From NCBI GenBank assembly GCA_001508155.1, contig LGFI01000006.1:35157-99156 (forward strand): 64,000 nt of DNA. Direction: 5' to 3'. The stretch comes from Acetothermia bacterium 64_32 (GTDB lineage Bacteria; Bipolaricaulota; Bipolaricaulia; Bipolaricaulales; Bipolaricaulaceae). Position numbers and translations under genes: made by a program. Position 1 is the first letter of the stretch, and each line of letters begins with the position of its first letter. Below are positions 7,815 through 17,038 of the stretch, one piece after another. The notes below the pieces were generated by a model that did not search any database, had not been told where the DNA came from, and worked only from the letters and a program-made list of their open reading frames with translations.

Positions 7815-9062
7815 ATGTACAAGGGAAGGGGTTTTCTTCTCTTAACGTTCGGGATTCTTTCGATGGTCTTTCCGATTTTGGCCCAGGGAACACAGCGGGG
7901 TTTTGAGTTCTACACGCAATATCCGGCGTTGGTGATCTCCGAGGGGCGGGAGGTCTCCTTGGATGTCAAGCTCCATAACACCGGGCCTACCCCGGAGGAC
8001 GTGGTGCTTACGGTCTCCGGGCCGGAGGACTGGAACGGACGATTTGAGACCTCATCTTACCCCACTCTTCAGATAAGATCGGTACATCTCCTTCCCGGGC
8101 AGGAGGAGCCGCTCACGGTGCGGTTCAAGGCCAAGCCCCCGGAGGGCACCCCTGGTGGCGACTACGTCTTCACCTTGAGTGCCGTCACGGAGGATGGTGC
8201 CATCGAGCATTCCATCCAGGTGACCGTTACCCTGGAGGCGGAGGCCCCTCAGGAAGAGGAGGAGCCCGGGGAGGTGCTTCAGCTCCTTGTGGACTATCCC
8301 TCCCTGGAGAACGCGGCCGGAAAGGACTTCACCTTTACCATCCAGATCAAGAACCAGACCGACGAGGAGAAGGTGGTGGAGCTGTCCGGGCAGATCCCCT
8401 CCGGCTGGCGAGCCTACTTCACGCCACGCTGGGAGCAGGATACCCGCATCACCTCCATCAAGGTGGATGCCAACAGCACGGAGAACATCCGGTTTGTTCT
8501 GACCCCTCCTTACATGGTGCAAAAGGGCGACTACCCCATCCGGTTCATCGCCCGGGCCGGGGATTACGAGGCCGCCTTGGACCTGAAGGCGGTGGTCACC
8601 GGGAACTATGACCTGCAACTTGCCAGTGAGGCGGAGATCACCGGGGCCGGGGACACCTGGAACATCAAGGCGGTGGAGGGGAAAGAGCGGCACTTCACCC
8701 TTTATCTTTACAACGGCCTTCCCTCCAACCCCACCTCAGCCCCGGTGACGAACATCAGGTTCTACGCCACCAAGCCGGAGGGTTGGGAGGTGGAGTTCAA
8801 GCCTGAGACGGTGGAGTCCTTGCCGCCCACCCTCAGTGCCGCGGACCTGGCCAAGGTGGACGTGGTCATCACCCCGCCGGAGCGGGCCATCCCCGGGGAC
8901 TATCAGATCACCATTAACGCCTCCGGCCGGGAGGACCACGCCTCGGCCCAGCTGCGGGTGACCGTTGGTGCTTCCATGGGCTGGGGCTGGGTCGGGGTGG
9001 GGGTGGTGGTGTTCGTGGTGGCCGCCCTCACCGGGGTGTTCGTCCGCCTGGGGAGGAGGTAA
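7815..9062 (+). CDS. Secreted repeat protein with C-terminal TM anchor (NEW3/NPCBM-associated-like domains), ABC-2-transporter associated
   Basis: Signal peptide [25 protein letters not shown]. Repeated segments of ~100 aa. C-terminal hydrophobic anchor [16 protein letters not shown]. It is the first gene of an operon with an ABC ATPase and permease. A GGAGGTG RBS lies before the ATG at 7815. Confidence 0.55.
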   Translation: MYKGRGFLLLTFGILSMVFPILAQGTQRGFEFYTQYPALVISEGREVSLDVKLHNTGPTPEDVVLTVSGPEDWNGRFETSSYPTLQIRSVHLLPGQEEPLTVRFKAKPPEGTPGGDYVFTLSAVTEDGAIEHSIQVTVTLEAEAPQEEEEPGEVLQLLVDYPSLENAAGKDFTFTIQIKNQTDEEKVVELSGQIPSGWRAYFTPRWEQDTRITSIKVDANSTENIRFVLTPPYMVQKGDYPIRFIARAGDYEAALDLKAVVTGNYDLQLASEAEITGAGDTWNIKAVEGKERHFTLYLYNGLPSNPTSAPVTNIRFYATKPEGWEVEFKPETVESLPPTLSAADLAKVDVVITPPERAIPGDYQITINASGREDHASAQLRVTVGASMGWGWVGVGVVVFVVAALTGVFVRLGRR

Positions 9063-9064
9063 GG

Positions 9065-9985
9065 GTGATGGTCGAGGCCCAGGGGCTCAAGAAGTCCTAC
9101 GGCCCGGTACAGGCGGTGGAGGGGCTGGACCTTCGGGTACAGGAGGGGGAGATCTACGGCCTTCTTGGGCCCAACGGCTCGGGGAAGACCACCACCATCC
9201 TGATGCTCCTCGGCCTCACCGAGCCCTCGGCCGGCCGGGTCCAAGTGGCGGGCTTCAACCCCACCCGGGAGCCCCTCAAGGTGAAGCGGGTGGTGGGGTA
9301 CCTCCCGGAGAATGTAGGCTTCTACGACGATCTCACCGCGCGGGAGAACCTCCGCTACATCGCCCGCCTGAACGGGATCCCGGACCGGGATTCAAAGAAA
9401 CGGATCGAGGAGGTCCTGGAGCAGGTGGGGCTTTCGGAGGTGGCCGACCGCCCGGTGGGCACCTACTCCCGGGGGATGCGTCAGCGGCTGGGGATAGCCG
9501 ACGTGCTCGTCAAGGAGCCGCGGCTTGCCATCCTGGATGAGCCCACCACCGGGATCGACCCGGAGGGGGCGAGCCAGATCCTGGACATGATCGTTAGGAT
9601 GCGAAACGAGCGGGGGATGACCATCCTGCTTTCCTCGCACCTGCTCCACCAGGTGCAGCGGGTATGCGACCGGGTGGGGATCATGCACCGGGGGAGGCTG
9701 GTGGCGGAGGGCACGGTGGACGAGCTTTCCGCCAGGACCTCCGGGGAGGGGCTGGAGTTCGAGGCCCAGGTGCGGGGGCTGAGCCCTGAGCTGGTGGCCG
9801 CCCTTAAGGGGCTGGATGGGGTGCGGGAGGTGGTTGCCCAAGGGGAGCGCCTGCGGATCCTGGCGGAGGTGGACGTGCGTTCCGCCGTGGCCCGCACCGT
9901 CCTGGAGAAGGGGGCGGAGCTCCTCGAGCTGCGCCAGCGCGCCTTCACCTTGGAGGAGATCTACCTCCGCTATTTCCAGGGGTGA
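9065..9985 (+). CDS. ABC transporter ATP-binding protein (ABC-2/NatA-like)
   Basis: Walker [10 protein letters not shown], signature [12 protein letters not shown], Walker [14 protein letters not shown]-loop SSHLL. Confidence 0.9.
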   Translation: MMVEAQGLKKSYGPVQAVEGLDLRVQEGEIYGLLGPNGSGKTTTILMLLGLTEPSAGRVQVAGFNPTREPLKVKRVVGYLPENVGFYDDLTARENLRYIARLNGIPDRDSKKRIEEVLEQVGLSEVADRPVGTYSRGMRQRLGIADVLVKEPRLAILDEPTTGIDPEGASQILDMIVRMRNERGMTILLSSHLLHQVQRVCDRVGIMHRGRLVAEGTVDELSARTSGEGLEFEAQVRGLSPELVAALKGLDGVREVVAQGERLRILAEVDVRSAVARTVLEKGAELLELRQRAFTLEEIYLRYFQG

Positions 9986-9991
9986 TCCTAA

Positions 9992-10921
9992 ATGAGGGTG
10001 GTATTCTGGAAGGAACTGGCGGACTACTTCGGCAGCAAGCGGTTCATCATCCTGTTCTTCCTCATCCTGATCGTGGCCGGGGCTTCGGCGTATCTTGCCA
10101 GCCAATCCCTGCGGGAGAGCCCTCCCCAGGACACCTCGTACGTTTATCTTGATCTCTTCACCCAGTCCTCCGGGGGCATGCCCTCTTTCCTTTCCTTTTT
10201 GGCCTTCTTCGGCCCCCTGATCGGGGTCCTCCTTGGGTTTGACGCCGTGAACTCGGAGTTCTCCCGGGGCACGGTTTCGCGGGTCCTCGCCCAGCCCATC
10301 TACCGGGACTCCTGGATCAACGGGAAGTTCCTGGCCGGGCTGGCCACGCTGGCCCTGGCCCTGGCCGGGATCATCCTCATCATCTTCGGGCTTGGGCTTT
10401 ATGCCCTGGGCTTCCCCCCGGACGGGGGGGAGCTTTCCCGCATGTTCACCTTCTTTGTGATCGGGCTCATATACCTTGGTTTTTGGCTCGCCTTGGGGAT
10501 CCTGTTTTCGGTGCTTTTCCGGCAGGCGGCGAGCTCCGCCCTGGCCTCCATCGCCGTCTGGCTTTTCTTCACCTTGTTTTTGTACATGGCGGCCGGGCTG
10601 ATCGCCGACCAGGTGGCCCCGGTGAGCCCTACCTCCCCGGCCCAGGTGTGGACGCGGAACGAGGAGATCCGCGATCTTGTGCTCCGCTTCTCCCCGGTGG
10701 CCCTGTTCGAGGAGGCCACAAGCGCCATCCTCATCCCCAGCTGGCGGGGTCTGGGGCTCGCCCAGCTCCTCACCCAGCGGGACATCCCCACCAACCCCCT
10801 GCCCTTGGGGCAGTCCCTCCTCATCGTGTGGCCGCAGCTGGTGAGCCTTATCGCCCTGACCTCGGTCTGCTTTGGCATCTCCTATGTGATCTTCATGCGC
10901 CGCGAGATCCGGTCCCTGTGA
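9992..10921 (+). CDS. ABC-2 family transporter permease
   Basis: Six predicted TM segments and the N-terminal MRVVFWKELADYFGSKRF typical of ABC-2 permeases. Confidence 0.75.
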   Translation: MRVVFWKELADYFGSKRFIILFFLILIVAGASAYLASQSLRESPPQDTSYVYLDLFTQSSGGMPSFLSFLAFFGPLIGVLLGFDAVNSEFSRGTVSRVLAQPIYRDSWINGKFLAGLATLALALAGIILIIFGLGLYALGFPPDGGELSRMFTFFVIGLIYLGFWLALGILFSVLFRQAASSALASIAVWLFFTLFLYMAAGLIADQVAPVSPTSPAQVWTRNEEIRDLVLRFSPVALFEEATSAILIPSWRGLGLAQLLTQRDIPTNPLPLGQSLLIVWPQLVSLIALTSVCFGISYVIFMRREIRSL

Positions 10922-10922
10922 G

Positions 10923-10946
10923 CCAGGGGGGTGGCCGCCCCCCTGG
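10923..10946 (+). terminator. GC-rich hairpin after the ABC-2 operon (CCAGGGGGG-TGGCCG-CCCCCCTGG)
   Basis: 9-bp perfect stem. There is no U-tract, so this may be a rho-independent-like stop or only a structural element. Confidence 0.35.
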
Positions 10947-10997
10947 CCTCCCCCTTCCCGGGGGTGCTAGTATGGGACCGGGAAGGGGGTGAAAGGG

Positions 10998-11429
10998 ATG
11001 TGGAAGGAGTTCCGGGATTTCATCTCGCGGGGGAACTTGGTGGAGATCGCGGTGGCCTTCATCATGGGCGCTGCCTTTGGGACGCTGGTGAAGTCCTTCG
11101 TGTACGATCTCATCATGCCTCTGGTGGGGAAGGCCGTGGGGGATGTGGACTTTTCCAACCTTTACATCAACCTCTCGGGCACGCCTTATGCGTCCGCCCA
11201 GGCGGCGCGGGAGGCCGGGGCGGCCGCCATCTACTATGGGGCGTTCATAAACGCCCTCATCAACTTCCTTTTAGTGGCCTTCGTGATGTTCCTCTTGGTC
11301 AAGGGGGTGAATCGGCTGAGGCGGCCTCCGGAGGCCCCGGCCCCCACCACCAAGGAATGCCCTTACTGCAAGCTGCAGATCCCCATGGCGGCCACCCGCT
11401 GTCCTCACTGCACGGCCGAGCTCGGCTGA
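10998..11429 (+). CDS. mscL: Large-conductance mechanosensitive channel MscL with C-terminal CxxC...CxxC extension
   Basis: MWKEFRDFISRGNLVEIAVAFIMGAAFGTLVKSFVYDLIMP is the MscL hallmark. It ends with KECPYCKLQIPMAATRCPHCTAEL. The ORF track gives an alternative GTG at 10989. Confidence 0.85.
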   Translation: MWKEFRDFISRGNLVEIAVAFIMGAAFGTLVKSFVYDLIMPLVGKAVGDVDFSNLYINLSGTPYASAQAAREAGAAAIYYGAFINALINFLLVAFVMFLLVKGVNRLRRPPEAPAPTTKECPYCKLQIPMAATRCPHCTAELG

Positions 11430-12266
11430 TCAGGGCAGCAGCTCCGGGACCCGGGCCCTGAGCTGCGGGGTCAGGTCCTGGAGCTGGCCTGCATCGAGGT
11501 ACAGGGCGTCCTCTTTTTCGAGCACCAGGGCGTAGCCCTGGGCCTGGGCGATCCTCTGGGTGGCCTTGGCCAGCATTGCCTGGATCACCTGGGACACCAG
11601 CTGATCCAGCTGGTTCAGGGAGGTGCTGAGCCCCTGGTATAGGCCGATGAAGGTGTTGAGGTCGCCTTGCTCGGCGGCGTTTTTCAGCTCGTCAAACTGC
11701 CCCTTCAGGGGGCGGAGTTGCCCTGTCAGCTCGGTGAGGGTTTTTTGGAGGTCGGAGAACTCCTGGGAGGCGGCTAGCCTGTCGAGCAGGTCCAGGTACC
11801 AGTTGAGGGGGGCGGCCAGGAGCTCCGCCTGCACCAGCATGGACTCCCTTTGGTATGTCTCGTCCTCGATCTGGCCCGCCTCGTGCCTTTGTCGTAGGTC
11901 CTGCAGCTCCTGGTTCTTGAAGTCCAAGGTGTTTTGAAGGGGTTGATAGAGCTCGTCCATCAGGCCCATTAGGTCCACGTAGGCCAGCTTGAGGGCGGGA
12001 TGATCTGCCCCGGTCGGGGCCGCTTCCGAGGGGAGCTCGGCCCTCAGGGCCTCTGTCTCCGCCTCGAGGCGGGAAAGCCGGTCTTGCGTTCGCTGAAGAA
12101 GCGTTGAGGCCTCGGCCAGGGACCTTTCCAACCCTTCCATCCTCTGAGTCAAGGCCTGTGTTTCGCGGGACTCCCCGCCCGAAAGCACGGCCACCCCGAT
12201 CAAGCCCCCCACAAGGCCCGCCCCCAACCCCAGGAGGACGCTTAAAAGCAGAACCTTGCCCGTCAT
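11430..12266 (-). CDS. OmpH/Skp-like periplasmic chaperone family protein
   Basis: N-terminal TM/signal segment, a long coiled coil, and an Skp-like C-terminus (AQAQGYALVLEKEDALYLDAG). Its stop abuts the mscL stop (TGATCA). Confidence 0.5.
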   Translation of the reverse strand: MTGKVLLLSVLLGLGAGLVGGLIGVAVLSGGESRETQALTQRMEGLERSLAEASTLLQRTQDRLSRLEAETEALRAELPSEAAPTGADHPALKLAYVDLMGLMDELYQPLQNTLDFKNQELQDLRQRHEAGQIEDETYQRESMLVQAELLAAPLNWYLDLLDRLAASQEFSDLQKTLTELTGQLRPLKGQFDELKNAAEQGDLNTFIGLYQGLSTSLNQLDQLVSQVIQAMLAKATQRIAQAQGYALVLEKEDALYLDAGQLQDLTPQLRARVPELLP

Positions 12267-12346
12267 CGTTCCTCCTTACCAGAGCCTTCTCGGCGGAAAG
12301 GGTAACGCCGACATCGATTTCGACAAGTCTTCTGACGGGGCTCAGG

Positions 12347-12456
12347 GATCTTTCATCTCTGCGGGGAAGCGAGGGTCGTGGGGTCAGGAGTTTACTTTTT
12401 GACATCCGTAGGCCTGCAGTGCAGGCGTACCCACCCCACCGGCATCAAAAGTAAAG
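12347..12456. repeat. Copy A of a ~110-nt structured intergenic element (12-bp terminal inverted repeat CTTTACTTTTGA / TCAAAAGTAAAG)
   Basis: It aligns at roughly 80-85% identity with 37793-37920, by eye, and shares the TTGACATCC...ACCCACCCCACC..CATCAAAAGTAAAG core. Confidence 0.5.
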
Positions 12457-12495
12457 ACACGACGCCTGCTCCTCGCAGGCCCTGAAGCAGCAGCT

Positions 12496-13470
12496 TTAGT
12501 CGCCGGCGATCTCGGCTAGCCAGTCCAAGGCACCCGGGACGTGATACCAGACGCTTCTGCTTTCCGCCACATAATCTACGGCCTCGCTCTCGTCCCCAAT
12601 TCCGACGCTCCTGAACGTGTCCGGCGGAAGCGGCTCCCACCCGAGGAGGTACTTCGGCACGTGGGGGTTGGCCGCAAGTGCCCGGCGCAGGAGCTTCCGG
12701 GCATAAGGGGTATCGCCCTCCCTGCGGAAGGCCCACAGAGCCCGGCTGTAGGCCCACCAGGCAGTGGGATCATCCCGGTAGCGCGCGAGGAGCTCTTTGG
12801 CCTCCTCGTCCCGGCCCAGGATGAGCAAGGCGTTTATGAGGAAAAAGCGCACCCCTTGGTTGTCGCGGGGGTTGAGGCGCAGGAGGTCCTTAAAGTGTTC
12901 AACTGCGGCCTCGTATTCCCCGAGCTCCCACAGGCACCGGGCAAGGCCCAACCGAGCCCGCATGTAGGGGCGGGTGGAAAGGAGCCCCCAGAAGTGGCCC
13001 GCTTCCTCCTTGAAGATCTCCGGGCCCAAAGCGCGCTCGGCGGCGGCCACCCCTTTAGCGTAGAGGTCGCGGGCCTCGCTCGTGCTGCAGGCGGTCTCCT
13101 CGGCCAGGATCACGTAGGCATCGGCACAATCGGGACAGACCTCGAGGGCCTTGCAGGCCAGGGCCACCCGCTCCGGGCCCTCGGTCTCCCACGCCTCGTA
13201 AACCAGGTTCTGAGCCTCCTCTTGCGGGGTGCGCGGCGCGGTCCGCGGGATCTTGCCTCCTGCTTCCGCAAGGGTCCGATCGAGAAACTCCTTTATCTCC
13301 TCTTTGGACTCGAAGGTGTGCTCCCCAAGGAGCCGATGGAGCTCGGCGAGCTCCCGCTCCAGGGCCCGGAAGTCTGAAGGAGGCCCTCGCCTTTCCTCCC
13401 CTTTCCCCTGCTGAACCCCCTCCCTTTTCTTCCCCTGCTTTTCCTTCCCCATGGGATCCTCCTTAGTCAA
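12496..13470 (-). CDS. Hypothetical TPR-like repeat protein with a Lys/Glu-rich N-terminus
   Basis: 324-aa ORF with a coding-like composition and helical repeats (LGEYEAAVEHFKDLLRLNPRD). No specific family recognised. Confidence 0.55.
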   Translation of the reverse strand: MTKEDPMGKEKQGKKREGVQQGKGEERRGPPSDFRALERELAELHRLLGEHTFESKEEIKEFLDRTLAEAGGKIPRTAPRTPQEEAQNLVYEAWETEGPERVALACKALEVCPDCADAYVILAEETACSTSEARDLYAKGVAAAERALGPEIFKEEAGHFWGLLSTRPYMRARLGLARCLWELGEYEAAVEHFKDLLRLNPRDNQGVRFFLINALLILGRDEEAKELLARYRDDPTAWWAYSRALWAFRREGDTPYARKLLRRALAANPHVPKYLLGWEPLPPDTFRSVGIGDESEAVDYVAESRSVWYHVPGALDWLAEIAGD

Positions 13471-13647
13471 AGCTTAGCTTACGCCCCTTTGGCTTACTTG
13501 CCCACCTGGAAGCAGCCCCGGGGGGATGATGTATCTTCTGCCCTATTTAAGCCCGGCCTTGAGGGCGGGCCACCACCTCCCGGACCATTTACTTTCCCAA
13601 CTTTGAACAGTAAAGCCGGCCTCAGAGGGGCTTATAATCGCGGCGCC

Positions 13648-14880
13648 ATGGATCTACTTATTCAAGGGATCGGGCAGCTGGTCACCCCGCTCGGGAAAGG
13701 CCCCCTTTCTGGCTCTGATCAGGGGAGGTTGCAGGTTCTAGACGATGCCTACATCGTCGTGAGGGAGGGAAGGATAGCCGAGGTGGGCCAGGGGAGCCCG
13801 CCAAGGCTTCCTTGCCCCACCATGGATGCCCAAGGGAGGCTCGTCACCCCAGGGCTTGTTGACCCCCATACCCACGCGGTGTTCGCCGGGACCCGGGTGG
13901 CCGAGTTCCTGGCCAGGACCCGAGGGGACCGCTACACCGGCGGGGGGATCCTCACCACGGTGGCCGCAGTGCGGGCCGCCTCCGAGGACGAGCTCGTGGA
14001 GCTCGCCCGGCCCCGCCTCCTCCGCATGCTCCAGGAGGGTACGACTACGGTCGAGATAAAATCCGGCTACGGCCTTACCACCGAGGATGAGCTCAAGATG
14101 CTCCGGGCCATCCGCCGCCTCTCGGAAGCCCTCCCCTTGACCGTGGTCCCTACCTTCCTGGGGGCCCACGCTTTCCCCGGGGAACTCCCCCGGGAGGAAT
14201 ACATCGAGCTCGTGGTAGAGGAGATGCTCCCCCAGGTGGCGAAAGAGGGCCTGGCCCGGTTCTGCGATGTCTTCTGTGATCGGGGCTTTTTCACGGTGGA
14301 GGAGGCGCGGCTCGTCCTCACCCGGGGACGGGAGCACGGGCTTTCCCCCAAGCTACACGCCGACGAGCTTGCGGACGTAGGGGCGGCAGGGCTCGCCGCC
14401 GAGCTCAAGGCCGTATCCGCGGATCACCTTCTGCACGTCTCTGATCGAGGGATGGAGAAGCTGGCCGAGGCGGGGGTGGTGGGGGTCCTCCTCCCCGGAA
14501 CGGCATTTGTCCTCTCCGAGCCCTACCCCCCGGCCAGAAGGCTGATCCAGGCCGGGGTGCCGGTGGCCCTGGGGACCGACTTCAACCCCGGCTCCTGCCC
14601 CATCTCCTCCCTGCCCCTGGTGATGTCCCTGGCGGTCTTGCGGCTAGGGCTCTCCCCAGAGGAGGCGCTGTGCGCCGCCACCCTGAACGCCGCGGCCGTG
14701 GTGGGCCTGGCGGAGGAAGTCGGCTCCCTGGAGCCGGGGAAGCTCGCGGACCTGGTGATCTGGGACGCGCACGAGCTGGGGGAACTTCCGTATTTCATCG
14801 GCCACCGGCTGGCCTTGGTGGTGGTGAAAGCCGGGGAGGTGGCATGGCGGACGTCCGGGTTCTCGCCTACGCCAAGCTGA
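13648..14880 (+). CDS. hutI: Imidazolonepropionase (HutI family amidohydrolase)
   Basis: DPHTHAVFAGTRVAEF...GGGILTTVAAVRAAS and EIKSGYGL match HutI conserved blocks, and there are metal-binding His/Asp. No hutH or hutU is adjacent. Confidence 0.75.
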   Translation: MDLLIQGIGQLVTPLGKGPLSGSDQGRLQVLDDAYIVVREGRIAEVGQGSPPRLPCPTMDAQGRLVTPGLVDPHTHAVFAGTRVAEFLARTRGDRYTGGGILTTVAAVRAASEDELVELARPRLLRMLQEGTTTVEIKSGYGLTTEDELKMLRAIRRLSEALPLTVVPTFLGAHAFPGELPREEYIELVVEEMLPQVAKEGLARFCDVFCDRGFFTVEEARLVLTRGREHGLSPKLHADELADVGAAGLAAELKAVSADHLLHVSDRGMEKLAEAGVVGVLLPGTAFVLSEPYPPARRLIQAGVPVALGTDFNPGSCPISSLPLVMSLAVLRLGLSPEEALCAATLNAAAVVGLAEEVGSLEPGKLADLVIWDAHELGELPYFIGHRLALVVVKAGEVAWRTSGFSPTPS

Positions 14881-15683
14881 ATTTGATCCTCAAGGTGGTG
14901 GGCCGAAGGGAGGACGGCTACCACCTCCTCCAAAGCTTGATGTGCGCCGTGGACCTTTACGACGAGCTTTTTCTGGTGCTTGCGGGCGACCTTACGGTGG
15001 AGGTGGAGGGCCTGGACATCCCGCCGGAGGACAACCTGGTCCTGCGGGCGGCCAGGCTCCTCCGCGACCGCGTCGGGACCGGGAAGGGCGCCCACATCAG
15101 AGTGATCAAGAGGATTCCGGTGGGGGCGGGCTTGGGCGGGGGGAGCTCGGACACCGCCGCGGCCTTGGCCGGGCTAAACCGCCTGTGGGGCTTGGGCCTC
15201 AGCCGAGCGGCCCTGCAGGAGGTCGGACTTAAGCTGGGCGCGGACGTGCCGTTTTTCTTAGGGGAGAGCCCGGCCTGGGCGGAAGGGGTGGGGGAGAGGC
15301 TCTCCCCAGCCCAGGTGAAACTGCCAGGCGCCTTCCTGATCCTGGTGCCCCCGTTCTCCTGTTCCACCCCGGAGGTGTATCGGCTCTACGACGAGCTTAG
15401 CCTCCCGCCATCCTGTCCCCTCCGCCTCGGCGGGGAAATCCGTTTTGATAACGACCTGTGGCCGGCTGCTGTAAGGCTCCGGCCCGAGCTCGGAAGGCTA
15501 CGGTCCCGGCTCGAGGCTTTAACGGGTTTAGGGGTGGGAATGACGGGTTCCGGCTCAGCCCTGTTCTGCGCGTTTTCTTCCCGGGACCAGGCAGAGAAAG
15601 CGGCCCAGAGCCTGAAGAAAACGGTGGAAGGGAAGTTGTTCGTTGCAGCACCGGTCCCCCGTGGATACAAGTTTGCAGCATGA
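14844..15683 (+). CDS. ispE: 4-diphosphocytidyl-2-C-methyl-D-erythritol kinase
   Basis: GHMP kinase motif IPVGAGLGGGSSDTAAAL and an N-terminal AKLNLILKV. It overlaps the hutI 3' end. Confidence 0.85.
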   Translation: MADVRVLAYAKLNLILKVVGRREDGYHLLQSLMCAVDLYDELFLVLAGDLTVEVEGLDIPPEDNLVLRAARLLRDRVGTGKGAHIRVIKRIPVGAGLGGGSSDTAAALAGLNRLWGLGLSRAALQEVGLKLGADVPFFLGESPAWAEGVGERLSPAQVKLPGAFLILVPPFSCSTPEVYRLYDELSLPPSCPLRLGGEIRFDNDLWPAAVRLRPELGRLRSRLEALTGLGVGMTGSGSALFCAFSSRDQAEKAAQSLKKTVEGKLFVAAPVPRGYKFAA

Positions 15684-16297
15684 GGATCGCCATCGATGGG
15701 CCGGCGGCGGCCGGTAAGACTACCTTGGCAAGAAGCTTGGCGGAAAAGCTGGGGTATCTGTTCGTCCCCACCGGGGCCATGTACCGGGCGGCGGCGCTGG
15801 CCAAGGAAAGGGGGCTTGCGCCCGAGAAGGCCCGCATTGAGGTGCGGGAGGGAGGCCGGATCTTGCTCGAAGGGGAGGACGTCACCGAGCTCCTGGAAAG
15901 CCCGGATCTGGATGAGCTCTCTTCCCAGGTGGCCGTGGACGGGCGGGTCCGCCGGCACCTTGTGGCCCTGCAGCGCGAGATAGCCCGGGGGCGCCAGGTG
16001 GTGATGGAGGGGCGGGACATCGGCACGGTGGTACTTCCGGACGCGGACCTGAAGATCTTCCTGTGGGCCGAGCCCGAGGAGCGGGCCCGCAGGCGCCTGG
16101 CCGAGCGGGGCGGCGACTTCCAGGAGGTCCTGGCCGCCATCCGCCGGCGGGACGAGCGGGATTCCACCCGGGAGGACTCCCCCCTGCGTCCGGCCCCGGA
16201 CGCCGTGATCCTAGACACCACCGGACTTTCCCCAAAGCAGGTACTTGCCCTGGCCCTCGAGCTCGTGGAGGAGCGCCGTGCTAGCATGGATTTCTGA
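15680..16297 (+). CDS. cmk: Cytidylate kinase
   Basis: MRIAIDGPAAAGKTT P-loop; ATGA overlap with ispE. Confidence 0.9.
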   Translation: MRIAIDGPAAAGKTTLARSLAEKLGYLFVPTGAMYRAAALAKERGLAPEKARIEVREGGRILLEGEDVTELLESPDLDELSSQVAVDGRVRRHLVALQREIARGRQVVMEGRDIGTVVLPDADLKIFLWAEPEERARRRLAERGGDFQEVLAAIRRRDERDSTREDSPLRPAPDAVILDTTGLSPKQVLALALELVEERRASMDF

Positions 16298-16904
16298 CCG
16301 GGTCCGGGACGTCTTGTACGGGGCCTTGGCCGTGCTGGCCAGCATGGTCGTTTGGCCGCTTTTTCGGCTCTCGATTCGGGGCCGCAAGAACCTTAAAGGA
16401 GAGGGCATCCTGGTGGCCCGCCACCGCTCCTATTGGGATATCCCCATCCTGTGTGTGGCGGCAGGGCCGTTTAGGCGCATCGGCTTTTTGGCAAGACGGG
16501 GGCTTCTTAAGAACCCCCTGTTTGCCCCGTTCGTGTGGGGGTTTGCCACGGTCATCGACCGGGAGGCCTTCAGCGCCCGGGACTTCCGCAAGGCCATCCG
16601 GGCGGCCGAGAGGAACAGGATAATCGGCATCTTCCCCGAGGGGACCACCCGACCCGGAGCGAAACCAAAGCCCGGCGCCATCCGGTTTGCTGAGCTCCTC
16701 GGCCGGCCGTTGATACCAGCCAACATAATCCCCCATGGTCCTTATCCCCCCTCCTACCCCTTCGGGTTCCCTAGGGTCGAGGTCCGGTTCGGCCGTCCCC
16801 TGACGGTGGAGGAGCTCGCCCAGGGCTTGCCCCCGGACATCTCGCGAAAGGAACGGTACAGGATCCTTTCCCAACGCCTGATGGAGAGGATCGACACCGC
16901 CTAG
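16278..16904 (+). CDS. plsC: 1-acyl-sn-glycerol-3-phosphate acyltransferase (LPLAT/PlsC family)
   Basis: HxxxxD motif (HRSYWD) and FPEGT motif. GTG at 16278; the ORF track gives an alternative ATG at 16245. Confidence 0.75.
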   Translation: MLAWISDRVRDVLYGALAVLASMVVWPLFRLSIRGRKNLKGEGILVARHRSYWDIPILCVAAGPFRRIGFLARRGLLKNPLFAPFVWGFATVIDREAFSARDFRKAIRAAERNRIIGIFPEGTTRPGAKPKPGAIRFAELLGRPLIPANIIPHGPYPPSYPFGFPRVEVRFGRPLTVEELAQGLPPDISRKERYRILSQRLMERIDTA

Positions 16905-17038
16905 TTTGAGTCCCCTCCCCAGGCGGGATAAGATCTGGGCAAATCTGCCCGGTAGGGGGTTCGCTGGATTCAACTTGGGTGCGGGCCCGCAAGGGGAAAT
17001 CCAACAAGGGGTGGTTCGAAGTGACGGATCGGATTCGA

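Noticed and set aside
11425-11434. TGATCA formed by the abutting stop codons of the convergent mscL and OmpH-like genes
   Set aside because: It is a trivial consequence of two stops (TGA and TCA) meeting. There is no evidence of function.
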